Below are positions 59,501-64,000 of a stretch of 64,000 nt of DNA, one piece after another. The DNA is from the human T2T-CHM13v2.0 reference genome, Homo sapiens. The position numbers were made by a program, and so were the translations under genes. Numbering within the stretch: position 1 is the first letter of the stretch; the number at the start of each line of letters is the position of its first letter. Below the pieces are notes generated by a model. That model worked only from the letters and a program-made list of their open reading frames with translations, was not told the DNA's origin and did not search any database. The DNA lies in the NCBI RefSeq assembly GCF_009914755.1, contig NC_060925.1; one strand, 5' to 3'.

Positions 59501-62500
59501 ATCGAATAGAATTATGGAATGAAATCCAGTTTGATCATCATCGAATGGACCCGAATGGAATCATCATCCAACGGATGCTAATGGAATCAACATCGAATGA
59601 ATCAAATGGAAACACCATCGAATTGAAACGAATGGAATTACCATGAAATTGAAATGGATGGACTCATCATCGAATGGATTCGAAAGGAATCATCGAATAA
59701 AATTGATTGAAATCATCATCGAATGGAATCGAATGGTATCATTGAATGGAATCGAATGGAATCATCATCAGATGGAAATGAATGGAATCGTCATAGAATG
59801 GAATCGAATGGATTCATTGAATGGAATCAGATGGAATCATCGAATGGACTGGAATGGAATCATTGAATGGACTCGAAAGGGATCATTATTGAATGGAATT
59901 GAATGGAATCATCGAATGGTCTCGATTGGAATCATTATAAAATGGAATCGAATGGAATCACCGAATAGAATCGAATGGAACAATCATCGAATGGACTCAA
60001 ATGGAATTATCCTCAAATGGAATTGAATGGAATTATCGAATGCAATCGAATGGAATTATCGAATGCAATCGAATAGAATCATCGAATGGACTCGAATGGA
60101 ATCATCGAATGGAATGGAATGGAACAGTCAATGAACTCGAATGGAATCATCATTGAATGGAATCGAATGGAATCATCGAGTGGAATCGAATGTAATCATC
60201 ATCAAATGGAATCAAAAATAACCATCATCAAATGGAATCAAAAATAACCATCATCAATTGGTATTGAATGGAATTCTCATCAAATGGAATTCAAAGGAAT
60301 CATCATCAAATGGAACCGAATGGAATCCTCATTGAATGGAAATGAAAGGGGTCATCATCTAATGGAATCGCATGGAATCATCATCAAATGGAATCGAATG
60401 GAATCAACATCAAATGGAATCAAATGGAATCATTGAACGGAATTGAATGGAATCGTCATTGAATGAATTGAATACAATCATCGAATGGTCTCGAATGGAA
60501 TCATCTTCAAATGGAATGGAATGGAATCATCGCATAGAATCGAATGGAATTTTCATCGAATGGAATCGAATGGAATCAACATCAAACGGAAAAAAACGGA
60601 ATTATCGAATGGAATCGAAGATAATCACCGAATGGACCCGAATGGAATCATCTAATGGAATGGAATGGAATAATCCATGGACTCGAATGCAATCATCATC
60701 GAATGGAATCGAATGGAATCATCGAATGGACTCGAATGGAATAATCATTGAACGGAATCGAATGGAATCATCATCGGATGGAAATGAATGGAATCATCAT
60801 CGAATGGAATCGAATAGAATTATGGAATGAAATCCAGTGTGATCATCATCGAATGGACCCGAATGGAATCATCATCCAACGGAAGCTAATGGAATCAACA
60901 TCGAATGAATCAAATGGAAACACCATCGAATTGAAACCAATGGAATTACCATGAAATTGAAATGGATGGACTCATCCTCAAATGGATTCGAGTGGAATCA
61001 TCGAATAAAATTGATTGAAATCATCATCGAATGGAATCGAATGGTATCATTGAATGGAATCAGATGGAATCATTGAATGGACTGGAATGGAATCATTGAA
61101 TGGACTCGAAAGGGATCATTATTGAATGGAATTGAATGGAATCATCGAATGGTCTCGATTGGAATCATTATCAAATGGAATCGAATGGAATCACCGAATA
61201 GAATCGAATGGAACAATCATCGAATGGACTCAAATGGAATTATCCTCAAATGGAATTGAATGGAATTATCGAATGCAATCGAATGGAATTATCGAATGCA
61301 ATCGAATAGAATCATCGAATGGACTCGAATGGAATCATCGAATGGAATGGAATGGAACAGTCAATGAACTCGAATGGAATCATCATTGAATGGAATCGAA
61401 TGGAATCATCGAGTGGAATCGAATGTAATCATCATCAAATGGAATCAAAAATAACCATCATCAAATGGAATCAAAAATAACCATCATCAATTGGTATTGA
61501 ATGGAATTCTCATCAAATGGAATTCAAAGGAATCATCATCAAATGGAACCGAATGGAATCCTCATTGAATGGAAATGAAAGGGGTCATCATCTAATGGAA
61601 TCGCATGGAATCATCATCAAATGGAATCGAATGGAATCAACATCAAATGGAATCAAATGGAATCATTGAACGGAATTGAATGGAATCGTCATCGAATGAA
61701 TTGAATGCAATCATCGAATGGTCTCGAATGGAATCATCTTCAAATGGAATGGAATGGAATCATCGCATAGAATCGAATGGAATTTTCATCGAATGGAATC
61801 GAATGGAATCAACATCAAACGGAAAAAAACGGAATTATCGAATGGAATCGAAGAGAATCACCGAATGGACCCGAATGGAATCATCTAATGGAATGGAATG
61901 GAATAATCCATGGACTCGAATGCAATCATCATCGAATGGAATCGAATGGAATCATCGAATGGACTCGAATGGAATAATCATTGAACGGAATCGAATGGAA
62001 TCATCATCGGATGGAAATGAATGGAATCATCATCGAATGGAATCGAATAGAATTATGGAATGAAATCCAGTGTGATCATCATCGAATGGACCCGAATGGA
62101 ATCATCATCCAACGGAAGCTAATGGAATCAACATCGAATGAATCAAATGGAAACACCATCGAATTGAAACGAATGGAATTACCATGAAATTGAAATGGAT
62201 GGACTCATCCTCAAATGGATTCGAGTGGAATCATCGAATAAAATTGATTGAAATCATCATCGAATGGAATCGAATGGTATCATTGAATGGAATCGAATGG
62301 AATCATCATCAGATGGAAATGAAAGGAATCGTCATAGAATGGAATCGAATGGATTCATTGAATGGAATCAGATGGAATCATTGAATGGACTGGAATGGAA
62401 TCATTGAATGGACTCGAAAGGGATCATTATTGAATGGAATTGAATGGAATCATCGAATGGTCTCGATTGGAATCATTATCAAATGGAATCGAATGGAATC

Positions 62501-64000
62501 ACCGAATAGAATCGAATGGAACAATCATCGAATGGACTCAAATGGAATTATCCTCAAATGGAATTGAATGGAATTATCGAATGCAATCGAATGGAATTAT
62601 CGAATGCAATCGAATAGAATCATCGAATGGACTCGAATGGAATCATCGAATGGAATGGAATGGAACAGTCAATGAACTCGAATGGAATCATCATTGAATG
62701 GAATCGAATGGAATCATCGAGTGGAATCGAATGTAATCATCATCAAATGGAATCAAAAATAACCATCATCAAATGGAATCAAAAATAACAATCATCAATT
62801 GGTATTGAATGGAATTCTCATCAAATGGAATTCAAAGGAATCATCATCAAATGGAACCGAATGGAATCCTCATTGAATGGAAATGAAAGGGGTCATCATC
62901 TAATGGAATCGCATGGAATCATCATAAAATGGAATCGAATGGAATCAACATCAAATGGAATCAAATGGAATATTTGAACGGAATTGAATGGAATCGTCAT
63001 CGAATGAATTGAATGCAATCATCGAATGGTCTCGAATGGAATCATCTTCAAATGGAATGCAATGGAATCATCGCATAGAATCGAAAGGAATTATCATCGA
63101 ATGGAATCGAATGGAATCAACACCAAACGGAAAAAAACGGAATTATCGAATGGAATCGAAGAGAATCATCGAATGGACCCGAATGGAATCATCTAATGGA
63201 ATGGAATGGAATAATCCATGGACTCGAATGCAATCATCATCGAATGGAATCGAATGGAATCATCCAATGGACTCGAATGGAATAATCATTGAACGGAATC
63301 GAATGGAATCATCATCGGATGGAAATGAATGGAATCATCATCGAATGGAATCGAATAGAATTATGGAATGAAATCCAGTGTGATCATCATCGAATGGACC
63401 CGAATGGAATCATCATCCAACGGATGCTAATGGAATCAACATCGAATGAATCAAATGGAAACACCATCGAATTGAAACGAATGGAATTACCATGAAATTG
63501 AAATGGATGGACTCATCATCGAATGGATTCGAAAGGAATCATCGAATAAAATTGATTGAAATCATCATCGAATGGAATCGAATGGTATCATTGAATGGAA
63601 TCGAATGGAATCATCATCAGATGGAAATGAATGGAATCGTCATAGAATGGAATCGAATGGATTCATTGAATGGAATCAGATGGAATCATCGAATGGACTG
63701 GAATGGAATCATTGAATGGACTCGAAAGAGATCATGATTGAATGGAATTGAATAGAATCATCGAATGGTCTCGATTGGAATCATTATCAAATGGAATCGA
63801 ATGGAATCACCGAATAGAATCGAATGGAACAATCATCGAATGGACTCAAATGGAATTATCCTCAAATGGAATCGAATGGAATTATCGAATGCAATCGAAT
63901 AGAATCATCGAATGGACTCGAATGGAATCATCGAATGGAATGGAATGGAACAGTCAATGAACTCGAATGGAATCATCATTGAATGGAATCGAATGGAATC
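56524..64000 (+). repeat. Second block of 1308-bp units (six, last truncated by window end)
   Basis: Landmarks at 56524, 57832, 59140, 60447, 61680, 62988 (1308, 1308, 1307, 1233, 1308). The variant order mirrors 13295-26351. Confidence 0.92.

Larger units (their letters stand above)
1..64000 (+). repeat. Human satellite 2 (HSat2/HSATII) pericentromeric tandem array, 1.77-kb family (probably 1q12 D1Z1 / HSat2A2)
   Basis: The whole window consists of GAATG/GAATC pentamers interrupted by ATC(ATC) triplets (e.g. GGAATCATCATCGAATGGAATCGAAT), the HSat2 signature (reverse complement CATTCGATTC). It lacks long pure (GGAAT)n runs of the HSat3 type. ORF landmarks recur at 1776 bp (422, 2198, 3974, 5750), with one GAATTC per canonical unit (1570, 3346, 5122). 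The chromosome assignment rests on the known 1.77-kb EcoRI repeat and has not been tested by alignment. Confidence 0.96.

Noticed and set aside
422-63960. ~200 short + strand ORFs (MESSSNEL..., MELSSNGIEW..., MKLKWMD...) of 60-163 aa
   Set aside because: These are low-complexity MEWN/GIIE/SSNG peptides produced by translating ATG-rich GAATG repeats. They overlap in multiple frames, are randomly broken by stops and frameshifts between copies, and show no recognisable domain. Database 'hypothetical proteins' of this type are generally human-satellite contamination artefacts.
1-64000. CRISPR-like or other repeat-spacer array / prokaryotic defence system
   Set aside because: There are no unique spacers: the intervening sequence is itself repeated pentamer-derived DNA. 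There are no cas-like or any complex ORFs.
1-64000. HSat3 (e.g. DYZ1 or 9q12) assignment
   Set aside because: Pure GGAAT runs do not exceed about three copies, and the CAACCCGAGT-type HSat3 interruption was not seen. Frequent ATCATC and TCGAAT indicate HSat2.

Overview
All 64 kb is one uninterrupted, single-orientation array of human satellite 2 (HSat2/HSATII). It is built from diverged GGAAT/CATTC pentamers organised in 23/26-bp units (ATCATCGAATGGAATCGAATGGA-like, CpG/TaqI-rich). The dominant 1776-bp period with one EcoRI site matches the classical 1.77-kb chromosome 1q12 satellite (D1Z1/pUC1.77, HSat2A-type); this chromosome assignment is inference. I see no genes, RNA genes, transposons, inversions or CRISPR arrays, and every listed ORF is a translation artefact of the repeat. 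I found no evidence of a new gene system. The informative signal is the array's nested architecture. Units are 840 bp + n x 468 bp (1308/1776/2244 bp). There is a 7545-bp higher-order repeat, pure 1308-bp blocks with a 2616-bp dimer, and a ~36-43 kb macro-repeat present about twice. Several recombination breakpoints can be mapped by eye from diagnostic variants. Unit coordinates use the recurring 'MESSSNEL' ORF starts as landmarks (L = ~1308-bp segment, S = ~468-bp segment).
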